A stretch of DNA of 64,000 nucleotides from Eledone cirrhosa (Eukaryota): assembly GCA_964016885.1 (NCBI GenBank), contig OZ024743.1, positions 85,188,001-85,252,000 on the forward strand, given 5' to 3'. Below are positions 50,807 to 64,000 of the stretch, piece after piece (the first letter of the stretch is position 1; each line of letters starts with the position of its first letter). The position numbers were made by a program, and so were the translations under genes. The notes beneath the pieces are model-generated. The model was not told the origin of the DNA and did not search any database. It saw only the letters and a program-made list of their open reading frames with translations.

Positions 50807-53800
50807 GCTTTCTTTATTAACCACAAGGGTTTACATAAAGTAGACATTAAGGACAGTACAGGACAATACAAATGGGCATTTCTGCGTGTAAAAAACAAAA
50901 ACAGAGGTTGTAACAAAAAATAACAATGAAAAATTCCCCAATAGGGGGGAGACTTCCGAGGGACATTAAAAGGCCACAGTGACCCTAACCACCAGGGCAA
51001 GTGCCCTCTCCCAGTTTTCCACCTTTAATTTACAGACACATACTCAGAGTAGGTCCATTCCCTCGAGCCATTCTTGCCTCTCTCACCCATCTTTCAACAA
51101 AAAGCTGGGAAGAGAGCACTTCCCTCTCTACTCTGATTTTCCTTTGCAAATGAAATTTGAAAAAGTTAATCAGGGCATCACCGAAGAGGTAAGTGCTCGT
51201 CTTCAGCCCTTTCAAATGTGTCCATCATACTATCTCTTTCGCCATGGCCACCAGACAGATAAAAACTGCCTGCCTTCCCGGCTAAAGGAAGAGAGTGGGG
51301 CAATCCTCACGATGGACTCAGCTGATAGCTGGATCCGTCCTACACCTGACAGCAGGTGTTCGACATAAACACACAAGTCAGCAATGCTCAGACACTGGAC
51401 GAGTGCGTGCAGGACGGTTTTGTCGTCCTACGCGCATCTCGGACATGCCCGGCTGACGGCACCTCCATGCCTGTAGAGTTTATTCTGAACTGGCAAAGCT
51501 CCTCGGTAGCACTGCCAGGCCAGGGATTTCTGGAAGTTGTCCATAGGCTCCGGCCCGAAAGTTCTTCCGAAGAGATTGGCTAGTTGATTTTCGTCGACGC
51601 CTAGAGTTTCTCCAAGTACGTCGTCGCTCTTCCCCTCCACCAATCCACTATAGAACGCCAAGGTGGAGTTTCCACCGATCACATTGCCCGATTGGTCGAG
51701 GGCTGTGAGCGCATGAAGACATTCCAGTCTCCAAGCGCTCCCTCTCGGTCTTCGCTTGACCCAGGACTGCAGCTCCGTCAAGGAGACGAGCTGGGGAAAT
51801 ACGCGTCTAGCAAACAGCGACCACAGCTGATCACCGTCAAGGAAGAGGTGGAGATGTCGTAGCCTGAGCACGTGTCTGTGCATCATCAGCCACGGCATGC
51901 CCAGCCCTCCACGTAGCGGGTGTTGACAGCAGATGGACCGCCTGACCATCGGAGCACGTCCCTTCCACAAACAGCGAAAGAGCAAACACTCCAGCACAGT
52001 CAGGCGGGGCTTAGGACAAGGTACAACGGTCAGGCGGTAGTAGATGACGGACGCAATGTACGCGTTAGCCACCTCCGCTCGACCTTTCAGGGATAGCTTC
52101 CTCTCCACCCATTTCTGGGTGAGAGAAGCCACCCTGCTCATTACCTCGTCCCAGTTTTTGTCCGTCTGGAGGTCCGGACCGAACCAGACCTCTAGCAATT
52201 TAACCGGTCCATCCGTCCAGCACGGATGTTGGACGGCATGGACTTGCCTCTCCAGGTGCCGAGCTGTAGGCCCACTGACTTTTCCTGGTTTATCATTGCT
52301 TCTGTCACCGCTTCGTATTTTCTTAGTGTAGTGCCGATCGCCTCGATGTGTTTGGCGTTCGACACCACTACGGTGACATCGTCCGCATATGCTGATACGG
52401 ATCTTCCGCATCCTAGTTCGCGCGGGACCCCCGCTCAACGTCTCCAGTTTGTGCAGTAATGGCTCGTGAGCCAATACGTACAAGAGGGACGAGAGGCGAC
52501 ATCCTTGGCGGATTGAGCGCATGATGTTGAACGGTTCCGAAAGGTGACCGTTCACTCTCACCACAGAGCAGATGTCGCTGTACATGGCAGCGATCCAGCC
52601 TCTGAAGACGGGCCCAAAGCCAGCCGCCTTCAGGACTGCTGCTAGGTAACGATGGTCGACCCTATCGAAAGCTTTCAACTGATCTAAATTGATCAAGGAC
52701 CCACCCGTGCCAGGTTCCCTAGCTACCCTCTCTACGATGTATCGCATGAGGTGGAGGTTGTCGTGGATGGATCTGTCAGGAATGGCGCATGTCTGCGCCT
52801 CTCCCACCAGACCACCAATGACAAGCGCCAACCTCTTTCCTAGCACCTTGGCCAAAATCTTGAACTCTGTGTTTAGCAGAGTTATGGGCCTGAAATTATC
52901 TATGTTATCCCCTTGTTCGGATCCTTTCTCAACAGCGCCACCGCTCCTCGGCTCACTGAGCTGGGAATTCTTCCGTTCTGTTGCCAGTTGCAGTAGACGT
53001 CCACCAAGAGGCCTCCGAACAAGTCTGGCATCTGTACATAAAGTTCATAGGGCAGACCATCCAAACCAGGCGATTTACCCCTTGTGCAGCCAGTCATTGG
53101 CTCCCGTACTTCAGCGGCTGTTATCGGCTTTTTGCAACACTCCGCCTCAGTGGCCGAGAGCCGCGGCAGTCTGTCGAGGTAGACACTAAAGTCCATCCCT
53201 CGACCCGGCCCGCCGCTGCTCCCGAACAGCTGAGCGAAGTGTCGCTGAAAAGCTTCGCATATTTGCCCGGGATCGAGTAGCATGCGCCTGTCGTGGTCCA
53301 CCAAAGACCGGATCGTGACTTTGTTGCCATGACGTGCCTCTGCCACTCGGGCCCATTGAACGGCTTTCGTCCCCTTGTGTCTGAGAGCACGCACCCTAGC
53401 CCTGACAACGCAGCCTTCATGCTTTGCATTGAAGAATTGGTCAAGGGCCAATTTCGCCGCAAGTACGTCGGTCGCGATGCCTTTGCTAAGCGCCTCGTCT
53501 AATTTTCTAACTAGTTCTCCCTCTGCTCTATTTTTCTCTATTGCTAAAGCCTTACTAAACCTAATGGACTCTATTCTAATCGCTCTTTTCAGAGCAAACC
53601 ATCACTTGTTGTTGACGATGGCCCCCGTCAACGCCCGCTTAACTAGTTCGCTAATCCGGTCTCTGTAGGCCTTGCGCACTGGTAAGGACGCATTTAGCTT
53701 CCAGTAGCCGGGTCCTCGTCTATGAAGCCTATCTAAGTCAAGCACACAGATCACGAATTTGTGGTCCGTGTAGCTGACTATCTTGAATTGTGGACAGCCT

Positions 53801-56575
53801 ATACTAGACCTATCTGTTTCCCTACAAAATACTCTATCTAGATATGATCTGGATGAGCCTATGCGATTTGTCCAAGTCCACATTGGCACATTCGGGAAAT
53901 CCAATCGGTACCTGTCAGACAGTTCAAAACGCCTGAGCAGGTTGGTGAGGCTCTTGCACCCCCCTCCCCAACCGCTAATACCACACAGTCCCAGCGTGCA
54001 TCTAAGATCCCATTCCAGTCGCCCACTAACACTAAAGAGCGGGACGTTCCAAGAAAGGTCTCCAGACACCGGAAGAAATCAGGCCGCCCTGCTCCTGTTG
54101 GGGCATAGACGGCCACTAGCCTGAAAGCTTTCCCGTCTCCACTGGTCACGTCCAGCACCACCAACTTACCTTCTGGGTCCAGGAAGATGGCCCGTATGGC
54201 GAGATCCAAACCTCTCCGAAAAAGCACAGCAACTCCTCCCCCAATCCAGGACGGCTAGGAGATGCGTACACATCGTAGCCGCCGAAGATCGGTGCGAAGG
54301 CCCGTGCTTCGGAGATTCTGGTCTCGCTGATGGCCACTACATCTATGTTTAGTGACCTGAGGTCATTGAGCAGGTGGCCCTGCTTCCACGACGACCCCAA
54401 GCCACGCGTATTTATGCTGCCTATTCTGAGTGAGATCATGTTGAAATGGAGTGGAAAAGGTGGGAAAGACCACATACCTTACTTCTCGTAGAGGAACGAT
54501 GGTTTCTCCATCCTTTTCTCTGCTTGTGGCCTCCTCTGGAAGGATGTCCTTATAAATCCTCCTGGAGAGTGCTTGTCGGAAGTCTCCGATGTCTTTGGGG
54601 AATTTTTGTTTGTGTGATGCGAGTGATTTGTATGTGTGGAGGCGGTGTGAACTTTTGGGTTGTTGTGTAGTCTTTTTCTGTGATGCTGGTGTTGTGTTGG
54701 ATGTAGTGTAATAATTGGTTGTTGTTCAAATTTAATACTGTGTAGTGTGTATCATTTTGGTTGTTTTGTTTTGTTTGCGTTTGTTGTGGGTTTGTTTCTG
54801 TTTCGCTTTTTGGTGACTTTTGTGGTGTTGGTTATGGTGGTGTTGGGGTTAATGATGGTGATGGGGTTGGTGATGCTGGTGTGGATGGTGGCATAGCTGT
54901 CCTAACTTTTTTGTTTGATAGTTTATTTGTTTCCCTCTGTATTTTGTTTTTGGAGGGGGAAGGAAGGAGATTTTTTCTTTTTTGGCTACTTTTTCTTTTT
55001 TTCTTCTTTCCTGATACCGTTTCCCACTCCTCGTCGTCACAATCTGTCTCCGGTTGCGATAGGTCAGGGAGTGGAAAATCCCCCACAGACGTTGGATTTG
55101 GTTGTGGCGTGGTGGATGGTATAGGCGCTGGTGCTAGTTCTGGTGCGTTAGGAGGTGGTGGTGTTGGTTTTGCTACTGTTGCTGGGGTTGTTGCTGTTTC
55201 AGTTGCTTCTGTTGTTGCTGCTATTTCTGCTGCTGGTGGTATTGATGGTTGAGTCACTGGGGTGGGTAAGAGAGGTGGCCTCAACCTTTTAGCCTGAGGG
55301 CAGAAAGCCCTAGGTGGGTTCCTTCACCACAAACGACACACCTAGGCCTTCTGCCCTCAACGATTACGGTGAGGTGGCTGCCGTCAGTGAGGTCTATTAC
55401 CTCTGGGATCTCCTCAATGCTTTTTTGGTCCGCTTGAATCAGGAGCTCCATCCCAGATCCGGACCAGTTCTCCTGCTTTTCTTTTGCTATTTCGATTATC
55501 TTGGTGTTGGCCTCTATGCTGGCGAGGACGGTAGCCATTAGCCAGGGAATTTCGATGGCCGGTGGAACGTGGGCCACCCTGATCTTCACGAGTCTCTGGC
55601 CACAATAGCTTGGGACGAGTGTGAAGTCGTGACTTCTTAATGGGGCCATGGAGTGTTCTCTGGCCCCCTGTGGTGTTCCAAAGAACACGTCCACTGTTCC
55701 ATATTTCTGCCCACGTCTGATGTGGGGTTTTTTTGCCCACACATGTCCCAAAGCTTTTGGGATTTGGGACTCGGATGCCCGTTCCACTCGGCGCGATTTT
55801 ATGTTAATCGTCCGATAAGACACGGTGCATAGGCGCCGATGCTCCATTTTATTAGGTGTGTGTGGGGGGGGGGGGGGGGGCTGACCCTGTATCCATCTTT
55901 CTTTACTATTCTCTTGGCTTCATCTAATTCCTCCTAAGTTACCTGGATTGCTTCGCACTTTTTTGCTACTCTGGCAAAAGACAGGGTGGTTTTCTTATTC
56001 TCATTGTTGTTGTTGCTGTTGTTGTTATCGTTATTTTTGTTATTGTTATTTTTAGTTTCAGTTGTGGTCGTGGTGGCGTCAGTGGTGTTCGGTGTGGAAG
56101 AGTCCATTCTGGGTGAATCCATTTCGATGTCACGAGATAATTTTTTTTTTTTTTTTGTTTCTGTTGTCGCTGTGGTGGTGGTGAGGGTGGCGGCTTCAAC
56201 ACCTGCAGTCATTGGTAATGGCGGGAAATTAATGTCTGCATGAGACAAATTTAAATTATTGCTACTGCTTATATTTTTAGTGTTGGCAAACGTAGTAATA
56301 TTTACAATGGTGGTGTCGGTGTGAGGTGTTAGTTTGTGAGGAAGGTGTGACTGAGTCGTCCATGATTTTTTCAAAGAAATTTTTGTTTGATAATTATAAA
56401 AGTTTAAATTTTGGGCTCAAGGCCCCAATCTTTTTGAGCGTCCTTTTCAGAAAACAATGTATGTGCACTTATATACAGTTAACAATAAACATTTTCCATA
56501 AATAACAATTTAAACAACTGAAAACAACAAACCTTTGCGGAGCTCACGATAGTATGATTTCCTACGTAGGTCGCC
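50807..56575 (-). mobile_element. Full-length (~5.8 kb) Tx1-type L1-clade LINE inserted in (TAA)n; ORF1 and ORF2 frameshifted
   Basis: ORF1 pieces (56374-54832) with a CVVCGEGTH knuckle. ORF2 begins MISLRIGSINTRGL (APE), then YTDHKFV, YWKLNAS, KSPGLDG, DQLKAFDRVDH, SAYADD and the C-terminal zinc finger. AATAAA; (TAA)n on both sides. Confidence 0.93.
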
Positions 56576-56608
<33 letters not shown>

Positions 56609-58096
56609 TGTTTCTACTTTTGGCACAAGGCCAGCAATTAACCAGTGCATTACTGGTTCTTTATTTTATCGACCCCGTAATGATGAAATGCAAAGTTAAC
56701 CTCGGCGGGATTTGAACTCAGAATGGAAAGGGCCGATACTGCCAATCCACCGCCTAGTACTTTATTTTATCGACCCTGTAAGGATGAAAGGTCACCACTA
56801 CCACCACCACAATAAATATAATTACTGGTTCTATTGTCTGTCAGGTCTCAACAAGGACCTTAGACAGACAGTACTTTCCTGGGTTTATTTGGCAGTGCTC
56901 ATCAGGGCAGTCTTTTGAAGGAGAGCAATATGTGATTCAATCTCTATTTGCTTAAGATATTCTCCTCTCAGTTTTAGTGGTATTGAGCCCAAACCTCCAA
57001 TGATAACTACAATTATCTTGATATTGTGATGTGGTACTTGCTAGATTCATGCCATTTGTTTTGAGATCTATTTGTTCAAGATACTATCTAATATTTTGTG
57101 GTATCAAGCCCAGAGTTCTGATGACAATTAGAATTAGATTGATGTTGTTAGGTGGTAGTGAGCACATTCATGCAATTTCAATCTCCAAGTCAGTATATTT
57201 TATTAGTTTTTCAATTCCTTTCAAAACAACAACATCCATGAGCTTGGCCATGTGGTTAGAATGTCTCAGGAAAGAATCACCAGCAAGAGACCCGGAGGTA
57301 GACCCCCAGCAAGATGGTTAGATAACATCTATGAGCTTGGCTGGTCTTGCTTTGGGATCCAGTTGTATCAGTTGGAAACTGTTGCTTCTGACAGGACCTG
57401 CTGGAAAAAGTGTTTGAGGATTCTACCTCCATGACCCTCTCGTGAATAAGTGGGCAAAGAAGAAGGATTTCTTTCAAGGCTGTGTTGTGGGTTGTGGTCT
57501 CCTGAGATTGTAACATCAATAGCCTGTCATTCAAGGCTATTTCTGAACATAACTACAATATCTGGTCTGTTGTGTTCAAGTTTATAAGTCATTTAGACAG
57601 GGAATTCCCACAGTGTCTTGACACTGTCTCTGTCATTAAGGACACTTTCTGAGACATACTGGTACCATTGTCTCTATCATCAAGGACATTTTCTGAGACA
57701 TACTGGTACCACTTATCAGATCCCTGGTAGCCATAGTTTTGACACATTGACCAGTGAAGGTACATAGAGACCTTGTCATATTTTCTTTTAAACTCTTTTT
57801 GAACTAACAATTTGCGCTGTAGTCTTTTAAATAGGAGCTCATTAAAATGAGTGGTTTTGTTTCATAGAACCAGAGCTGGTCTTGGGTGGGTTGGTATCAA
57901 AAGGGCTAATCTGTTTTGATGCATACAAACATTGGCACTATTATTATAATTAATTATTACTGTAATTCAAAGGCAGTAGATTGGCAGTATCGGTAGAGTG
58001 TCAGACACCATGCTTTGTGGCATAGAGACATGGTCCTTTACGTTCTGAGTTCAAACCCTGCCGAGGTTAACACTGCTTTTCATCCTTATAGAGTTG

Positions 58097-61000
58097 ACAT
58101 GGTGATAAAGAGGAAGTGAGAAAGGGACATGGTGATATAGAGGAAGTGAGAAAGAGACATGGTGATAAAGAGGAAGTGAGAAAGGGACATGGTGATATAG
58201 AGGAAGTGAGAAAGGGACATGGTGATATAGAGGAAGTGAGAAAGAGACATGGTGATAAAGAGGAAGTGAGAAAGGGACATGGTGATATAGAGGAAGTGAG
58301 AAAGGGACATGGTGATATAGAGGAAGTGAGAAAGGTAATATAGTGATAAAGAGGAAGTGAGAAAGAGACATGGTGATAAAGAGGAAGTGAGAAAGGGACA
58401 TGGTGATATAGAGGAAGTGAGAAAGGGACATGGTGATATAGAGGAAGTGAGAAAGGTAATATAGTGATATAGAGGAAGTGAGAAAGAGACATGGTGATAA
58501 AGAGGAAGTGAGAAAGGGACATGGTGATATAGAGGAAGTGAGAAAGGGACATGGTGATATAGAGGAAGTGAGAAAGGTAATATAGTGATAAAGAGGAAGT
58601 GAGAAAGAGACATGGTGATAAAGAGGAAGTGAGAAAGGGACATGGTGATATAGAGGAAGTGAGAAAGGGACATGGTGATAAAGAGGAAGTGAGAAAGGGA
58701 CATGGTGATAAAGAGGAAGTGAGAAAGGGACATGGTGATATAGAGGAAGTGAGAAAGGTAATATAGTGATATAGAGGAAGTGAGAAAGAGACATGGTGAT
58801 AAAGAGGAAGTGAGAAAGGGACATGGTGATATAGAGGAAGTGAGAAAGGGACATGGTGATAAAGAGGAAGTGAGAAAGGGACATGGTGATATAGAGGAAG
58901 TGAGAAAGAGACATGGTGATAAAGAGGAAGTGAGAAAGGGACATGGTGATATAGAGGAAGTGAGAAAGGGACATGGTGATAAAGAGGAAGTGAGAAAGGG
59001 ACATGGTGATATAGAGGCACTGAGAAAGGTAATATAGTGATAAAGAGGAAGTGAGAAAGAGACATGGTGATAACGAGGAAGTGAGAAAGGGACATGGTGA
59101 TATAGAGGAAGTGAGAAAGAGACATGGTGATATAGAGGAAGTGATAAAGAGATATAGTGATATAGAGGAAATGAGAAAGAGATATAGTGATATAGAGGAA
59201 GTGAGAAAGAGATATAAGGATATAGAGGAAGTGAGAAAGGGACATGGTGATATAGAGGAAGTGATAAAGAGATATAGGGATATAGAGGAAGTGAGAAAGG
59301 GACATAGGGATATAGAGGAAGTGAGAAAGGGACATGGTGATAAAGAGGAAGTGAGAAAGAGATATAGGGATATAGAGGAAGTGAGAAAGGGACATGGTGA
59401 TATAGAGGAAGTGAGAAAGAGATATAGTGATATAGAGGAAGTGAGAAAGGGACATAGGGATATAGAGGAAGTGAGAAAGGGACATGGTGATAAAGAGGAA
59501 GTGAGAAAGAGATATAGTGATATAGAAGAAGTGAGAAAGAGATATAGTGATATAGAGGAAGTGAGAAAGGGACATAGGGATATAGAGGAAGTGAGAAAGG
59601 GACATGGTGATATAGAGGAAGTGAGAAAGAGATATAGTGATATAGAAGAAGTGAGAAAGAGATATAGTGATATAGAGGAAGTGAGAAAGGGACATAAGGA
59701 TATAGAGGAAGTGAGAAAGAGACATGGTGATAAAGAGGAAGTGAGAAAGGGACATGGTGATATAGAGGAAGTGAGAAAGAGACATGGTGATATAGAGGAA
59801 GTGAGAAAGAGACATGGTGATATAGAGGAAGTGAGAAAGAGACATGGTGATATAGAGGAAGTGAGAAAGAGACATGGTGATATAGAGGAAGTGAGAAAGA
59901 GACATGGTGATATAGAGGAAGTGAGAAAGGGACATGGTGATATAGAGGAAGTGAGAAAGGGACATGGTGATATAGAGGAAGTGAGAAAGAGATATACTGA
60001 TATAGAGGAAGTGAGAAAGAGACATGGTGATAAAGAGGAAGTGAGAAAGAGATATAGGGATATAGAGGAAGTGAGAAAGGGACATGGTGATATAGAGGAA
60101 GTGAGAAAGAGATATAGGGATATAGAGGAAGTGAGAAAGGGACATAGGGATATAGAGGAAGTGAGAAAGGGACATGGTGATATAGAGGAAGTGAGAAAGA
60201 GACATGGTGATATAGAGGAAGTGATAAAGAGATATAGTGATATAGAGGAAATGAGAAAGAGATATAGTGATATAGAGGAAGTGAGAAAGAGATATAGGGA
60301 TATAGAGGAAGTGAGAAAGGGACATGGTGATATAGAGGAAGTGAGAAAGAGATATAGGGATATAGAGGAAGTGAGAAAGGGACATAGGGATATAGAGGAA
60401 GTGAGAAAGGGACATGGTGATAAAGAGGAAGTGAGAAAGAGATATAGGGATATAGAGGAAGTGAGAAAGGGACATGGTGATATAGAGGAAGTGAGAAAGA
60501 GATATAGTGATATAGAGGAAGTGAGAAAGAGATATAGTGATATAGAAGAAGTGAGAAAGAGATATAGTGATATAGAGGAAGTGAGAAAGGGACATAAGGA
60601 TATAGAGGAAGTGAGAAAGAGACATGGTGATAAAGAGGAAGTGAGAAAGGGACATGGTGATATAGAGGAAGTGATAAAGAGACATGGTGATATAGAGGAA
60701 GTGAGAAAGAGACATGGTGATATAGAGGAAGTGAGAAAGAGACATGGTGATATAGAGGAAGTGAGAAAGAGACATGGTGATATAGAGGAAGTGAGAAAGA
60801 GACATGGTGATATAGAGGAAGTGATAAAGAGACATGGTGATATAGAGGAAGTGAGAAAGAGACATGGTGATATAGAGGAAGTGAGAAAGAGACATGGTGA
60901 TATAGAGGAAGTGAGAAAGGGACATGGTGATATAGAGGAAGTGAGAAAGGGACATGGTGATATAGAGGAAGTGAGAAAGAGATATACTGATATAGAGGAA

Positions 61001-61528
61001 GTGAGAAAGAGATATAGTGATATAGAGGAAGTGAGAAAGGGACATGGTGATATAGAGGAAGTGATAAAGAGATATAGTGATATAGAGGAAATGAGAAAGA
61101 GATATAGTGATATAGAGGAAGTGAGAAAGAGATATAGGGATATAGAGGAAGTGAGAAAGGGACATGGTGATATAGAGGAAGTGAGAAAGAGATATAGGGA
61201 TATAGAGGAAGTGAGAAAGGGACATAGGGATATAGAGGAAGTGAGAAAGAGACATGGTGATATAGAGGAAGTGAGAAATGGACATGGTGATATGGAGGAA
61301 GTGAGAAAGGGACATGGTGATATAGAGGAAGTGAGAAAGAGATATACTGATATAGAGGAAGTGAGAAAGAGACATGGTGATAAAGAGGAAGTGAGAAAGA
61401 GACATAGGGATATAGAGGAAGTGAGAAAGAGATATAGTGATATAGAGGAAGTGAGAAAGAGACATAGTGATATAGAGAAAGTGAGAAAGAGATATAGGGA
61501 TATAGAGGAAGTGAGAAAGAGATATACA
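58097..61528. repeat. 30-bp purine-rich minisatellite (~114 units), consensus GACATGGTGATATAGAGGAAGTGAGAAAG(G/A)
   Basis: Visible directly. 31-bp variant units occur only left of 59040. Confidence 0.98.
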
Positions 61529-61904
61529 TAAAGAATTGACTCCAGTACATGACTGGTACTTTTTTTTATTGCCCTCGAAAGGAAAAAAGGCAAAGTTGAC
61601 TTCGGTGGGATTTGAACTCAGAGTGCATAGATGAATACAGAATGAATACAGCAAAGCATTCTATCTTACGTTTTAATGACTCTGCCAATTCACTGCCTCT
61701 AGTATCCATGTAATAGTTAACTCCATAAATTTAACCTCAAAAACAGAGTCTAAAATATTCTACTTTTACATAAGTATAAATGGTGGATAGAACGTTCCCC
61801 TCTTCCTCTCTCGGACAATAATCTATATCTGATCAATGGAGATTCTGTGAAATTGCATTTGTTGAATCTGTTGGATAAATAAATAGATTAGACTGTTAAG
61901 GACT

Positions 61905-62140
61905 GAACAACAATAATAACAATAACATTAATGACAACAACAATAACTACAACACCAACACCAACTACAACAACAACAATATTGGCATTAACAACAACTA
62001 CAACAAAAACAGCAACGATAACCTCAACAGCAACAACAACTACAACACAAACAACAACGGTAACCTCAACAGCAACAACAACTACAACACAAACAACAAA
62101 AGCAACTCCCCCCTCCAATCATTAACAACAATAACAACTT
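61905..62140. repeat. (ACA)n-rich low-complexity tract with an internal ~42-bp duplication
   Basis: TAACCTCAACAGCAACAACAACTACAACACAAACAACAA occurs twice. Confidence 0.8.
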
Positions 62141-62899
62141 AACAGAGTTAGTTGAAGCTCATATGATGGATCTTTTAATGGAGAATCCATTTGAGGTTTG
62201 TGAGGAGAATAACTAAGCTGGCAGAGAGGGGAGATTATTTACAAGTATTGCAAACAACTTGTGTAAGTGTATATATATATTTCGTTTCTGAATTTGTTTA
62301 GCAAGATTCTTTATCTGAAAACGTGTGTTGAAACCGATATTGTTATGCTTTGGGAGGGTCATGTTGCCAATAAGAAACACACGCACCAGTGCTTTCACTT
62401 CAATTTATTATAAATTAAATTTATAAATTTAGGAATTTATAAATTTCCGGTTGGTTGGTTCCACAACCAGACGATTGTTCATATATTGTCAAAGTTCTTT
62501 CGTCCGCTTTTCCCTGTATATATATTACATGGCATGACATATATATATAGATGCTATGCCATATCATGGGCCCGTAACTCATGATGGAGTCGTAAAAGTG
62601 CTGTAGCATTGTAGTGACATATACCATGTCTTGGGTATTTAAACCTGGCTGAGTCTATTCCTCCCCAGATCTGAACACAGCTGACTTCTTCAAGGGAAAG
62701 AAGGAGCCGCAGAGTGCAAGTAGAAAAGAATAGAACTCAGTATTAAACTGGTACTTTATTTATCAACCACAAAAGTATGAAAGGCAAAGTTGATCATGGT
62801 GGGATTTGAACTCAGTAAGACTTGTAACAAATACTACAGAGCATTCTATCCAACATTCTATTGAGTCTGTCAATTCACTGCCTTACATAATACATATAC

Positions 62900-62950
<51 letters not shown>

Positions 62951-64000
62951 CATACATACATATATGTGTACATATACATATACAGACATACATATATATA
63001 TACACATATGTATACATATATAAATATACATATACACACATATATATACATATATAAACATATGTATACACACATATATGTATAATATATACATATATAT
63101 ATATATATAATATTGAAAAAGTGGAGAATAATATGGTCAACAGTACAAAAAAGGGGATTTATTTGCAGTCTAACAATTGTTTCACTGATAAAGTTGTCTA
63201 AAAATTGCTGAAAACTAAAAGCAGTGCCACAAAATTTTAAATACGATGTTAGCTCTATCAGATCTTCGGAAGCTGTTAAAAAAATATATATGTAACTGGC
63301 AAATTTACAAATTCAAATTACATCATCAATAATAATTGTTTCTACTTTAGGCACAAGGCCAGCAATTACCCAGTGCATTACTGGTACTTTATTTTATCGA
63401 CCCTCTAAGGATGAAAGGCAAAGTCAACCTCGGCGAGATGTGAACTCAGATCGTAAAGGGGCGTAACTATGCTGGAAAGCATGGCATCCGACCCTCTACC
63501 GATACTGCCAATCCACTCAATAATAATAATAATAATAATAAAGATATAGAGAGAAAAGGAAGAAGAAAGGGAGATAGATACAGTAAAGAAAGAAAGGAAA
63601 GGAAGGGAAAAGAAGAAGGAAAAAGAAAAAGAGAAAGAAGAAGAAAAAGGAGAAATTATTATAGATAAAAATATAAAGAGAAGAAGAGATATAGAAGATG
63701 ATGGTAGACAGATGAGAGACAAACATAAGAAGAAATAACGTAGGATAGAAAGAAGAATAGAGGGACAAATAAATGAATAAACGTTAATACATGAATAAAT
63801 GTAAATAAAAATAAAAATAGATATATAAAAAATATATGAAAAATATATAAAAAATTGATAAATAAATAAATAAATAAATAAATTACATCTAATGTGATAT
63901 AAAATGGTATAAAATGTGTAAAGTGAAGAATACAAATAAATACGTAAAAGAAGTAAAAATGTGCGAAGAATATTTAAACATATTAAAATTATCGAGAATG

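Noticed and set aside
58051-61654. ORFs of 826-1195 aa
   Set aside because: They are by-products of a 30-bp repeat that lacks stops in four frames. The + frame is broken by 31-bp units, and there is no unique domain or splice signal.
62064-62216. Protein-like frame ...LTELVEAHMMDLLMENPFEVCEENN*
   Set aside because: In-frame stops upstream, no acceptor and no recognisable homology.

Overview
AT-rich animal genomic DNA, saturated with microsatellites and mobile elements. It is most likely a cephalopod (octopus-like), inferred from the tRNA/CORE SINEs, the RTE LINEs with (ATG)n tails and a 5S rRNA copy with cephalopod-like helix V and 3' end. The window looks like a large intron or intergenic stretch. 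The only good host-gene candidate is a first coding exon at 6902-7044 (+). Elements present: two RTE LINE subfamilies with a PHD finger inserted inside the RT domain, a full-length Tx1-type L1, a second Tx1 family, R4/Dong-type LINEs, a DD37D (maT) transposon, hAT MITEs, Gypsy remnants, many SINEs and a 3.4-kb 30-bp minisatellite. Best leads: (1) a 3.6-kb RTE element whose 5' end is a near-complete 5S rRNA (34811-38418, -); (2) small non-coding Penelope/retrozyme-like elements with type I hammerhead ribozyme cores, including a 437-nt unit whose 5' end falls at the predicted self-cleavage site; (3) apparent partitioning of retroelement families among different microsatellite targets. No element has an intact ORF. 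All family names come from motif recognition by eye, not database searches.
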